NCBI RefSeq assembly: GCF_006345805.1
Contig: NC_043015.1
Span: 5,952,001 to 6,016,000 of the forward strand
Reading direction: 5' to 3'
Origin: Octopus sinensis
Taxonomy: Eukaryota
DNA length: 64,000 nucleotides
The notes below the pieces were generated by a model, which worked only from the letters and a program-made list of their open reading frames with translations, was not told the origin of the DNA and made no database searches. The translations under genes and the position numbers were made by a program. Of the stretch, positions 41,793 through 55,250 are shown one piece after another. Each line of letters starts with the position of its first letter. Position 1 is the stretch's first letter.

Positions 41793-42019
41793 AAAGACGA
41801 GCGAACACTCTATCTTCTCAAATGTGCGCGCGCACCTACACACACTGGCGAAGGCATGTCTGTATGCTTTAAGAAGACAGGACATTGACAAGACGCGAGA
41901 TCACTGAGCTATGAGTGAAATGTAAACTCATTGGCTCGCTCTCTCTCTCTCTCTTCTCTCTAGCCTGCCCTCCTTTTTATATTCGTATACATATACGCAC
42001 ACACGTGCACACACATATT

Positions 42020-42128
42020 TACCGAACCGCTAAGTTACGGGGACGTAAACACACCACCATTTTTTGTCAAGCGATGGTGGGGGCAACATAAACATACAAC
42101 AGTACACCCATACACACACGCACGCACA

Positions 42129-42223
<95 letters not shown>

Positions 42224-42390
42224 CAATGAGCTTCTTTCAGTTGTCATTTTCCGTCTACCAAATCTACTCACAAGGATTTAGTGTGCCAGAGGATATAATG
42301 GAAGACACTTGCCCAATGTGCCACTCAGTGGGACTGAACCCGTAACCATATAGGGATAAACCAAACTTCTAACCACACAGTTACACCTAC
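42020..42390 (-). mobile_element. SINE family B with expanded (CA)n(TA)n interior
   Basis: ccgaaccgctaagttacgggg..gaagacacttgcccaa..gggactgaaccc. Confidence 0.82.
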
Positions 42391-43690
42391 GTATGTTTAC
42401 ACAGAATTGTTCCGTTTATGAAACACAAATCATTTTCATTAAATGAATTTTAATGTCTTTAAACTATTGGACTTCAATGTCGTGAACTTTCGGTGATATG
42501 GAGTATCATACAAGTTACCTATGTAACCTGTTAACTTCCTAGAAGTATCTGCCAAATCTTTCTAGTATCACTTGCTAGTGATTTAAATAAGAAACAGTTA
42601 TCATAGTCCATATTACTCTAGGTTAACTCGAAAGAAAAAACAAAGCTAGAATGATGAAGATCTTGAACACAATTTAATGTAGCTATGTTCAGTTAATTAA
42701 TTGCATGGGTCTAAACGACTGCTACAAAAAAAGAAGTAAAATAAATATAGACTCGAATAAAGGAAGAGGACATAAACTCGGTGAAGGTTATATTTGAGAA
42801 GAGGTTTACAGAATATACTTAACGACTTATGTTATTGCAAAATTCAAAATCTTTAAGTGGGAACATCTAAGAGAGAAAAGCGTACCTAATAGTGTAGTAC
42901 ATGACGACTTTTCTGTCAAGAAGGAGAAATCAATATTATAATTCCGTTAAGCAAATGAAAAGCGTTGTAGATGTAGAGACTAACGTTGGTGTTTTAGTGG
43001 TATAAAAAAGACCAGAAAGTAGGTGGAAGTGTAACATCAAAGAATGAACAGGATGAAAATGTTGGAAAACATCAGGTCGGCTGAATAGTAAAGAAGAATT
43101 GAGTGGGAGAGCTTGCGTTTCTCTGTGTGCACCTACGACCTTCTCGTGCTAGTGACATTGATTGATTGATAAGTAGGTGACTCAATGATTCTGAAATTGT
43201 CTATTTACGGTGGTGATTTTTTATTTATGCTCGGAGCTTGAAGAATGTTATAAATAACGGAAATACGACAGTAGGTGCTATTGGAAAGCGGTGGAATTAA
43301 ACTTAAGCATTAGAAGATACAAAAAAATACTTTATTACCTATAAAAAAAGAAAAATAAAGAAATATCACTTGTTGACATTTGTTTTCTCCTGTAATTATT
43401 TGAACTCAGAATGCAGTAAGAGTTCTCCCACCTCACTACCTTATTATTAACAGATAATACATTTTTCACTATCGGCCATCAAGCAGGTTCGTCCATGTGC
43501 CCAGGGGCTGGTTTGTCAAGACACTTTGTATTGCTGTTTGTGTTGTTCTGCACGCATACAAACAGCTAGGCTCTTGTTTCTGGTCCACTCTCTGTCAATA
43601 AACGTATTTTCTGGACCTTTGCTTTCTGCCACTCCACACCTCTTGTCACGATAGTCTTCAGCAATGACCCGCACCGCACCATCGTATAGT

Positions 43691-44060
43691 CCTCCTTTTG
43701 CACTCCGTCGGTTACGACGACGAGGGTTCCGGTTGATCCGAATCAACGGAACAGCCTGCTCGTGAAATTAACGTGTAAGTGGCTGAGCACTCCACAGACA
43801 CGTGCACCCTTAACGTAGTTTTCGGGGATATTCAGCGTGACACAGAGAGTGATAAGGATGGCCCTTTGAAATATATGTACAACAGAAACAGGAAGTAAGA
43901 GTGGGAGAAAGAGTACAGCAGGGATCACCACCATGCCGGAGCCTCGTAGAGCTTTTAGGTGTTTTCACTCAATAAACACTCACAACGCCCGGTCTGGGAA
44001 TCGAAACCGCGATCCTATGACCGCGAGTCCGCTGCCCTAACCACTGGGCCATTGCGCCTC
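43691..44060 (-). mobile_element. tRNA-derived SINE family C, full length, 370 bp
   Basis: Box A TGGCCCAGTGG and box B GGTTTCGATTCC; 14-bp TSD caccatcgtatagt at 43677-43690 and 44061-44074. Confidence 0.9.
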
Positions 44061-45284
44061 CACCATCGTATAGTAACAATATAGGGTGTTGGTGGAATCT
44101 TGCTTTACGCACGGCATATCACTAATTTTAACTTTTTTTTTTTTATTTTGGGGAATTTTCAGAAAAAACTTTTGCGAATTTATATTCTATACACGGGAAT
44201 TCACCAAAATTTGAAAAAAAAAATGCCTAAAATGAAGATGAGGGATTATATGCAGCGCGTAAATCAGAGTTCCGCAAAGGTGTTTGGTATATAACCCCAG
44301 GTAATCTATAACAGTACAGAAATATACCATTCATAAAGGCAGCCGAAAAACTACATCCAAGGCGGGTATCTGATTTTCCGTTTTTTCCTGCATTGGAGGA
44401 ATACACGTGTTTAATGCAGCAAATCTGATATTGAGGAAAAAAAAAGTTATGAAAATAATGACCACGAGGCATCTTCCTAAAACTCATGTCAATAATACTA
44501 AGCAAAATGAATATCTAGAATATATATATATATATAATCTAAATTGCTTTTTTTCCTTACTACACATTTTTTTGTTTGTTCTGGCTACCAATTTTGAATG
44601 TTCTTCCGTCATGTGAGAACGTAGATTTTTACCAGTTTCTTTTTTATGATAATACAGTGTCAAAAATAAATAAAAGAATTACACAAAAAATAACTGTGCA
44701 TAATATTTACGAGTATTCGAATACACACACATACACACACACACACATACACACACACACATACACATATACATAGACACACAGATGCATATACGTACAC
44801 ACATGTGTGCCTCAATATTTGTATATGTAAAAATATATTGCAAGAGAGAATGCCAGAGAAGAGATTTTTTTTTATATATCTCTTTATATATATATACACA
44901 TGAGTGTGCTCAGATATTTAATATTTGTGTCATTTTTGAGATGTTGATTTGAGATTTATGATATGCATTAAAAGCTGTACAATATTTAAACGTGACTGCT
45001 TTTTTATATTTCTTTTTTTTTTTTTACTTTTTAGGAATTTTATTTTTACATTAAACTAAATCTTGCTGAATGGAAAACAAATGATTTGCTTCCATTCAGT
45101 TAAAAGTCGGACTTATGCATGATTACTTAGACGGATACTTCGAGAATTCGATGTATTTTCACGTTATAATTTATTTGGCGAATGATAAATATTTTTACTT
45201 TGTACTATGTTTGGAGATTACACATCTTTCTGGAAATGAAGTTCCCTTTGCAGATATGTGTTTCCACTTTCAATACCGGTGCAC

Positions 45285-45308
45285 TATCTATCTATCTATC
45301 TATCTATA

Positions 45309-45369
<61 letters not shown>

Positions 45370-45467
45370 ATATACCTACCTACCTATCTATCTATCTTTC
45401 TATCTATCTACCAACCTATCCATCAATCTATCTATCTATCTATCTATCTATCTACCTATCTATCTAC

Positions 45468-45523
<56 letters not shown>

Positions 45524-45562
45524 TTATCTATCTATCTATCCATCTATCTATTTATCTATCTA

Positions 45563-45618
<56 letters not shown>
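45285..45618. repeat. (TCTA)n followed by (TA)n
   Basis: Seen directly; source of the SIYL/IY ORFs. Confidence 0.97.
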
Positions 45619-45624
<6 letters not shown>

Positions 45625-46824
45625 AACACACACGAGAGTATAAGCATATGCATGTGTGTGCGTGTACATGAAATATTTGAGTATCGCTATAAATATTTTG
45701 TAATGTTTATATATGTAAAAAAATTTATAGTAACTCCCTCAGGGAATGTAAATCTGATGGGCCTAGAAATTTGATCAATAGAGAACAACAAAATCTGCAC
45801 CAGATTCTTGGCTATATACCAAAGTTAATAATTTTTTTATAGTATATGCATCATGTCAAAACCACAATTCCGTTCTTGGTGTTTTTGAAAGGCGTACAAT
45901 AGCTTTTTGAGGTAAACAACTAGATAGCGTATTGCTCTGTATCCGCTATTCTACCGATTGTGCCATTTAGCATAAACGTATACAATAAATATTGATTTTC
46001 AACAAAGGCGTCAAGTCACACTTGTAGGAAGAATTGTTGTTTATAGTCACCCAGTATTTTATTTTATCGAATACTGAATGTCGAAACTACAGTGGAGCCG
46101 TGGTGATATTTGACTTCGGATATAAAGGGATAAAGGGATAAAACTCTACATTGCAAGCGATTTTCATTGGGTTTCTTCACTGCTTTGTATAGAGTGAAGA
46201 ATAACAAAGAAATTGCCTGTAGGTTTGTACCAAATAATGATATAATTAATCAAAGCGAATAAAATGAGAATCAAAGCGACATAAATTAGGTACGATAAAT
46301 ATAATTAAAATTAAAGGAATGCAGAACAACAAGATGCAATTATATTTTTTTGGATAGGAAAAATATGTACGTATTCCAGTGTGATCACTAACAAGATTAT
46401 GAAAAATATTGGTTTCATGTCTAGCAATTTTGGGATTACATCATACCCAGTGCTTGATTGGTACTTGTACTATCGACCCCCTAAATGATGAAAAGCAAAG
46501 TCAACATCGAAATTTGAAATTACAACGTAAAGACGGAGGAAATGCCTCTAGGCATTTCGCCATCTCACCGCATTGACTTACAAAAATATTGAAAATATCT
46601 TCTAGAATAAGGGTACGAAATTTCTGTAGAGGTTTGTCATAGACAATATAGTTTCTTTGCGAAACGAATATGAAAATAAATTACTTAGGAATAGATTCGT
46701 AGAAGAAAATTAATTTAATTTTACTTCTAACTAAATTAAGTACATCAAGTTCAGAATATTAAACAACCTGTAGCACAACATAGCTTATATAAGTAAACTA
46801 CGTATCAACACATAGACACACATA

Positions 46825-47430
<606 letters not shown>

Positions 47431-47879
47431 TACCTGTATGTTTATAAATACTCTCAAACACAAACACACATCTACGTATATATCAAGAGGGAGATATAGA
47501 GGTAGAATGATGAGATTATAAGATTGTTAAGCAAACAGACAGTGAGATGCGCACACATATATCGATGTATAGATAGATTGAGCTTTATCTTTGGCTATAT
47601 AAATATGGACATGTAAATCAATAAGCAGGGAGGACAGAGTTTGTTTAATAAGATCAATGAATTGACGCACAGACTAGCAAAAATAAGCTAAACATATGAA
47701 ACATTAAAAAAAAATGTACATGGAAAGAGTCATATACATATCTGTTCTTGAATGTACGTATATGTTTGTGTGTGTATTCGTGCTTCTACATGTGTGTGTG
47801 CGTGTGAGTGTGCATGTGTACGTATATGTGTTACCGTGCATGTGTTTGATTGTATACATACACATACCCACAGACATGA

Positions 47880-47932
<53 letters not shown>

Positions 47933-48058
47933 TTTATGTATATGTAACAGAGAAGAGGGTAAAACTTATAACACTGCATATATATATATATATAGATATA
48001 TAGATGTATGCGTGTGTATATATACATACTTATATATAAATATATGTATATATATATA

Positions 48059-48126
<68 letters not shown>

Positions 48127-48509
48127 CATATATAATATGTATGTGTATATATACATACATACATATATATATATGTTATGTATGCATACATAGTTTCTAT
48201 GTATGTTTGTAGATATAGAAAACGTGAGTGCGAGATGAGAGTAAGAGACATACTGATTGAGAGAGAGAGAGAGAGAGAAAGAGAGAAAGTGAGTGAAGGA
48301 GGGAGAGATAGAAAGGTGAGAGATGCTAGAGGTGATAGATTTCCAGTCAGACAGACTGAGCGACCGCGATTGTTTTTGTTAAAATCATACGAAGTTAGAA
48401 TTACTATCAATACGAGGACCCTGAGGTCAATGTTTGAACTGATTATATACTACTTCTGTCTTTGACATCTATAGATTTCTGAGCCATTTTCTTTTTTTAA
48501 CGAGTGAGA

Positions 48510-48546
<37 letters not shown>

Positions 48547-50899
48547 CGTACGTATTTGATATATTTGTATATATATAAATTTGTTTTATATATATATATA
48601 TATGTATGTCCTGTTCGTTCTTGTTTGCTGAAAACAAATGTCGCATTGTTTGTACAGTACATTGGTGTATACGACAGTAAATCTAAAGGAAATTAAAACC
48701 AGTATTTCAAATATAAGATTTTTCTACAATATACCGAATGGTTTTATATTGTTTGAAGAGAAAATTGAATGTTTTCACTGCCAGGAGGAATAGCCATTGC
48801 TTTTCTATATTAAGTTGTTTTGCTCTCGAATAATGGTTCAGATTTATCAAGTAAAGGAAATTGGAAGCTGTGGCGTTCAAACATTTGTCAAAAATATATT
48901 AGTTGGTTAAGTAAAACGATCTGGTATTCGATTTTTGCGACATAGAATTTGTACATTGCTCATGTTATTTCGAAGATATTTGTTGAGGATTTAATGAAGA
49001 TATAAATTCTATGGCAATAGAGAGACGTCTTGTTAACACTGATGGATGGTATGAAAATTTTGAATGAGTTCTGTTGTCGAATGATCAGCTAACGTGCGTG
49101 ACAATGCAGTTATTTCTTATGCCTCGCTCTGGCTATCTGTTTCTCTGAAAAGCCAGAAAACGTCTAGAATTAGAAGCAGATAAATAGATATAAAGATGTA
49201 CTTAGAGAAGGAAATGGCAAAGATTGTTGCTGTTTCACCTCCAGGTAAGTTCAGTTTTCGATAAGCATATGATAAAAGACATTCCAGGTATCCCTTCTAG
49301 TATTTTATGCAGTATTTGGATATATAGAAAAGCAACGAACTGATTGACCGTTTAAAGTATCCAATGAACAGACTTGCGCGGTCTTTCGTTTGTCTACATG
49401 AGATCAAATGCTGTGGAGGGTAATTTTAGTCTTTATTATACCGGGATCGATAAATAAAGTATCAGTTAATGACTGGGGCCACTTCTCCTCTATCTTCCTA
49501 TTTCAGTCCTCCTTACTTCCCTCGTTCCCCTCCCCCCCTCTCTCATCAAATAGACTACGTTGTTACGTATGAAAGCTATGGAAGGTCATTTAAAGCATCT
49601 TTTTTCCGAGAAAAGTACTTGGATTGAAACATCGGACTAACAAAATCTAGTTCTTTATAAGACTGATATGATAGTGATATCGTCTGATGGTGAAACAATA
49701 TAGAATGCAACACAGAAGAGAAATAATAACTGAAGGTAGAACTTTATCCGGTATCCCTCAGTCCAGTGTGTCTTTTTCTTACTCTAACACTGCATAGTTA
49801 CGTTTGAGAGAGAGTCATACTCTAGTTATTGTTCTGAGGTCTTATTGTCAGCTCTAACCAACCAAATATCTGAGAAAAGAAAGCCCTACACACACGGTAT
49901 GATTGAGGAGAGATTTCCCTGGTATTTCAAACATGACCAAATCCTGGGTTCGACCTTCTCATTAGATCTTGAACAGAATACGTATAGCCACTAACTACTA
50001 GAACGATAGTGACAATTAATGCGAGATTCATCGTGTAATATTATTTATTGACTATGGATATATTAATAAAACGGCAGTGAACTTTGTGACTATGAAGCGT
50101 TACGACTGAATATATTTCAAGTTAGCTTTCAAAGATTGACTTATATACTCGTATCATATTAATAGTGTATATATATTTTTTGCAATTTATTTCACGTTTA
50201 TGGGCGAGAAAACATTATTAAATGAAAAATAAATATTAAAATTTATCATAGAAAAACAAACAGGAATATAACACGTGAAAAAAATGATACACTTAAGGAG
50301 AGTGTATTCATTGAGTTACAACTCCTGTATTTACATATACACATATAAGTGTGTAGATATACATCTATCTACAAATATGTCTGTCTGCCTGGCTGCCTGT
50401 GTCTACCTCTGTCCATCAATCTCTCTCTCTCTCTCTATCTCTCTCTTCCTGTATGTAGCTATCTATTCATACATGAATAGAAATATTTATGTATATAAAT
50501 TCAATTATGTGTGCATGCGTGCGTATGCATATGTGTGTGTCTATGGGAACGTGTGTGAGTGTTTGTGTGTAAGTGTTTATGTGTGTTTGTGCATGTGTAT
50601 TTACACGCACGTACGCACACGCACATACACATATGTATTCTTATATTTCAAATTAAACTTTCTGATTGTTTTCTGCCTGTTATGCCCAATCAACTTCTTC
50701 GCCAACCCACATCACAGACATATCTCATGAGAAAGAGAGGGAGAGAGACAAGGGGGAGAAAAAAAGAAAGACTGGGAGAGAGAGGGGGATGGAGGTGATC
50801 TTGAGCCAACGATGAAGCTCGTACACAGTTGCACAGACTGCAGAAAATAGCAGCAAATTCTGTCAAATTTTGGTTCCAAACTTTGGCATACAGCCAGCG

Positions 50900-51310
50900 A
50901 TATAGGTGGCCGGAGTAAATCGATTACATTGGCCTCGTTACCCAAATTGTACTTATTTTATCGATATCGATTAGACGAAACGCAAAGTCGATGATCAAAA
51001 ACAAGGTCAACCATGGTGGAATTTGAACTCAGAACGCAAAGTGAGACGCAATACTTATTTCTTTACTACCCACAAGAGGCTAAACACGGAGGAGACAAAC
51101 AAAGACAAACAGACGGATTAAGTCTATTTTATCGATCCCAGTGCGTAACTGGTACTTAATTTATCGACTCCGAAAGGCAAAGTCGACCTCGGTGGAATTT
51201 GAACTGAGAACGTAACGGCAGACGAAATATCGCTAATCATTTCGTCCGGCGTACTAACGATTCTACCGCTAAGCAATTTGCTCGACGCGGTAACGATTCT
51301 GCCAGCTCGC
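50900..51310 (-). mobile_element. Family A SINE within or tandem to an older A copy
   Basis: Younger monomer at about 51054-51266, flanked by the diverged body (left) and head (right) of an older copy. Confidence 0.78.
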
Positions 51311-51319
51311 ACTTGGGTG

Positions 51320-51700
51320 CAGCGCTACAACACCTGTCATCACATTGTCAATATGACCAAGGCCCCGATTCAAGAACTCCAATGGAAAGTGCTGCCTCAT
51401 ACTCCATACTCTCCAGACTTGGTGCCATCAGGTTTTCATATCTTTCGAGCGCTTTCAACCGCTTAGCATAGTATATCGTTCAATAACGACGTGGAATTGA
51501 GGTCTTGGGTCGACAAATTCTTTGAGCGAAGTCTGGTACAATTCTATCGCTGAGGCATCGAAAAGCCTATTGAACGATGGGAGGATGTCGTAAACAACAA
51601 CGGAATCTATATTATTGATTAATTTGTTTTAGTCTTTTTTTTTTGCTTAAAATATATTTGAAAAAACAATGCTCATGGATTATTCCTCAAAGGAAATATA
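51320..51700 (+). pseudogene. Mariner transposase C-terminal relic
   Basis: HIVNMTKAPIQELQWKVLPHTPYSPDLVPSGFHIFRAL..ELRSWVDKFF..GIEKPIERWEDVVNNNGIYIID*; decayed TIR-like end near 51660-51700. Confidence 0.87.
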
Positions 51701-51805
51701 TATATATATATATATATAGGGAGAGTTTACGAAAAAGCAAAAGACGAAGACAGGTGGTGTACAAAACAAGCAGATGTATTAGTATAACGATCAGGAATAG
51801 AAAAA

Positions 51806-51980
51806 GTCTTTTACGTTTCGAGCCATATATATATAGGCAAATTGAAAGCTGAAAATAGCAAATAAGAAAACAACAAAAGTCAAAAGAAGATGCATATAGA
51901 ATGTAATAACTTGACTCAGTATAAGATTGAGAAATGTGTAGGTGTGTGACGTTTCGAGCATGGCTCTTCGTTAGAAAGAG
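51806..51980 (-). ncRNA. Two partial tandem hammerhead motifs in a PLE-like remnant
   Basis: CTCTTT-CTAACGA-A-GAGC-CAT-GCTC-GAAACGTC at 51980-51948 (G5 to A; 3' arm of stem I lost). GCC-(TA)n-GGCTC-GAAACGTA-AAAGAC at 51838-51806 (5' core lost). Confidence 0.65.
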
Positions 51981-54555
51981 GAGAAAGGAAAACTGCTTTA
52001 CTTCAACAACATTTGATCGTCGACTCCCCAACGTATCCTGGGTGTCAAACTTTGGTTCCTATATGGAGTATATTTTCGTATATCCAACAAGGATATTGAG
52101 TCGTTGTCTCTGTGTTATCTCTGGGATTAGCTATCGCGTTTAAATGAACTAAAATTATACTGCTCTCTCTCTCCTTTTTCTATCTTTCTCTCTCTTTATA
52201 TGTATGTGCGTGAGAAGCGTGTATGTGAGCGTGTAGGCGCACTACTGTTAAAAATGTTGATGGAGTGTGAATATTATATACCACTTTAAATAAATTTAAA
52301 ATACCTTTCTAATACAATAGTAACCTAGAGAGACGTGAATTAAAGGATAGCTTAGTTGCATCTTCCACCAGCTTCTTAAAGATTTCTAGTTTATTCGTAG
52401 ACTTCGTAATAGTATGTTTAATACTTGTATACATTTATCGATCAATGTTGATTGAATTAACACTACATTTAATTTTAATGTCTGCCGTAGAAGTTTTAAA
52501 TTGAAATAAAGTTTGATTAGTTTAGAGACTAATTTTGTCAAAACTACCACCAGCTTTAAAAACTGTAGTCTCCATATATTTAACGCGGGTATTATCAAAA
52601 TGCTAAGTGGAAATAATTAAAAAGTAAAGTCAAATGCGATCAAGAGCAGCTTGCTAATATGTGCAGTATTTTTCGCAATCTTAAATATTTTTCTAGTCGC
52701 GAGCGAAAATATATACCCTCTTGATCTCCCCAAATCCCCAAATCTGACCTTATGACACGTACTTCCAGTATATGACTGGTAGATGGATCGGTAGAGGTTT
52801 GCTCCAGCATCAGAATGTTACTCACTTACGGCCGAGTAGACTGGGGTAAACTGAAATGCATTGTCATGCCAACGATACAACACGCTGCCCAGCCTTGGAT
52901 TTGAATCCACGGCCTTATGATCACGTGTCGAAGAAATCTACACGTTCAAAAAAGGAAATTATTATGTATTGACAAGGAACTCCTTTTGATCTTTAACAAT
53001 TATTTTGATTTATTCAGGGTTCACAGATGACAATTCGGGATATAATTTAGATTTATTATAAACTCATCACCAAAGCATAGATTTCATTCTATATCTCAAA
53101 GTAGTCATTAGATGATTACTAAGAAAATTAACATTTTACACTGTATGATTTTATACCATTTGACTACGAAATTAAAGCAGTTAAGATGGAAAATTGCCCT
53201 GAATTTCCACCCAGATTTAAATATTGACTCGCTGGTCAATTCCAATTGAATTAAGCCTAACCTTTATTTAACTGTCAAGCGTATAGATCGTAAAGAAAAT
53301 ATATTTTGTTTATACTTTGATCTGTTTAGTGGAGGTCATCATCATCAGCGTTGCATAATTTATTGCAATTATTCCATCGATCTGAAGCCAAATCTAAAAC
53401 ATATTTAAGATGGGAGCTATGAATGTGATACAATCCTTCACTAAGTTAATATCCAATGATATTAAGATTGGTATTGCTAAGATAATTCCTAAATTGTTTC
53501 ATCTAATAGTTTAATACGAATCTGCTCCGATAAAGCCAATGTAAGCCCTAAATATATTCCATCAATGATTATCCCATGTTTTAGCTTTAGTAAACTGATG
53601 CAGCTAGCCTCATCTGGCCCATCTTATTAAAGCAATATCGGTATGAGTTTGGGGTACATTTGAGTGCCGTCTTTAGCACCTCAAGCTAGATATATACATA
53701 TGTGTGTGTATACGTGTTTATGTGCGCCTGTAAATATATATATATTATTTTATTCTTTTATATGTTTCAGTCCAATGTCTGTGGCCTTGCTGGAGCACCG
53801 CAATTGTGATCATCTGTCCACTTTCCACCTTTGTCGGAGTGGCTTTTGGTGAAGGATGGAATTCGATGTTACTGCCCTCTTTTTAGTTTGTTGCCTAAAT
53901 ATTGGCTCATCTGGGATCTCAGTGAGCCAGAGGTAAAGGTCCCGTTTGAAAACGTCTACATCAACTCCATAAAACTATACATATAAATGGGTGTGTGTGT
54001 ATGCATCTTTGAATGTATGAAGCTATCATTTAGTTTGCCTTTCTGGACGGATGGGTGGCTCCTTGTCTGTCTATCTATCAAAAATGTAAAACATTAAATA
54101 AATGTTTAAATGTAAAAATTAAATAAATGTATATATTTGTCTGTGTTTCTCGTCCACCACCGCTTGACGACCGGTGTTCGTGTGCTTACGTCCTCGTAAT
54201 ACAGATGTTCGACAAAGAGATCGATGTAATAAGTACCGGGTTTTAAAAAGTAAGTAATAGGGTCTATTCATTCGACTAAAGCAATTCTTCAAGGCAGAAC
54301 TGCAAACAAGAAAAGGCTAAATAAAAAAGCGTAAAAATAAATTCAGATGAAATGACAGATATAGAATCCAGGTAAAAACAAACAGCTTATATATACACAA
54401 AATTATAAATCAGTGTTTCAAACCATATTCTGGGTTCAGTCCCACTCCGTCGTCGCACCTTGGGCAAGTTCGTTTTACTGTAGCCTCGGGCTATGTTATT
54501 TGATAGACAGAAACTGAAAGTAGGCGTTCTATATATATATATATATATATATATA

Positions 54556-54763
54556 ACATTATTGGTGAATTGAAGAAATGGAGCTGAACGCAGATTGAAC
54601 AGAAATCGTTTTATTTCATTCTACACGTGTTTCGAAAGGCACAAATTACCAAAATCCGATTGACCTCCAACCGTGCTGTTTACTGCTGTGATTTTTGCTA
54701 CTAAGGTATCGGTTAAACTTTTGATTAATCTACTACAAGATTATTCATCTTTCTATTTCACAT
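54556..54763 (-). mobile_element. Short PLE-like 3' terminus inserted in (TA)n
   Basis: Bounded by (TA)n on both sides. The minus strand has the hammerhead 3' half CGAAACACGTGTA followed by AATAAA. Bases 54558-54663 are identical to 60913-61018. Confidence 0.65.
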
Positions 54764-54774
54764 AATATATATAT

Positions 54775-54806
<32 letters not shown>

Positions 54807-54817
54807 CATATATACAT

Positions 54818-54857
<40 letters not shown>

Positions 54858-55104
54858 GTATAGAGAGAGAGAGAGAGAGAGAGGAGGGGTTATGAGAGGT
54901 AATGGTGTCCATAAAACCCAAAGTTATCAGGTAATACTGAGTAAGTGCTATGGACAGTCTATAGTTAAGACCTAGGTTCGGTGATTATGCGAACGAGGAG
55001 TCCAACATACGTCACATATCAGCATGTGTAAGTATTAAATAATTTTTCAGAATGAGATAAAAATCTGTGGCTGTGAAAGATTTTAGATAATTTATAAATA
55101 GAAG

Positions 55105-55152
55105 GTCTTACAGCTGTTTACGGGATATTTTATATATCCCTTCATCGGAGAC
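55105..55152 (-). ncRNA. Decayed minimal type-I hammerhead ribozyme motif
   Basis: Stem I GTCT/AGAC; core CCGATGA (U4 to C); stem II GGGATAT-ATAAA-ATATCCC; GTAAA (extra T); palindromic stem III ACAGCTGT; predicted cleavage after GTA (55109). Confidence 0.72.
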
Positions 55153-55207
55153 AATGTGAGAAAATGGTTAAGCAATATATATATATATATATGTATATTT
55201 ATAAGTA

Positions 55208-55250
<43 letters not shown>

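Noticed and set aside
43985-44060. tRNA gene
   Set aside because: The acceptor stem does not pair; it is the SINE C head.
43440-44450. Possible pogo/Tigger-like relic hosting SINE C (cgtattttctggac; similar ggactataag near 59360)
   Set aside because: Only short TIR-like words; no matching second terminus or transposase motif found.
51968-51974. Idea that A-to-I editing could repair the G5-to-A hammerhead core
   Set aside because: Stem I of this copy is missing, and inosine at G5 is known to support cleavage poorly.
54950-54975. Minus-strand GLNYRL resembling the preceding neuroligin exon (NYRLG)
   Set aside because: Upstream in-frame TAA, wrong downstream residues, no donor; lies in a repeat unit.
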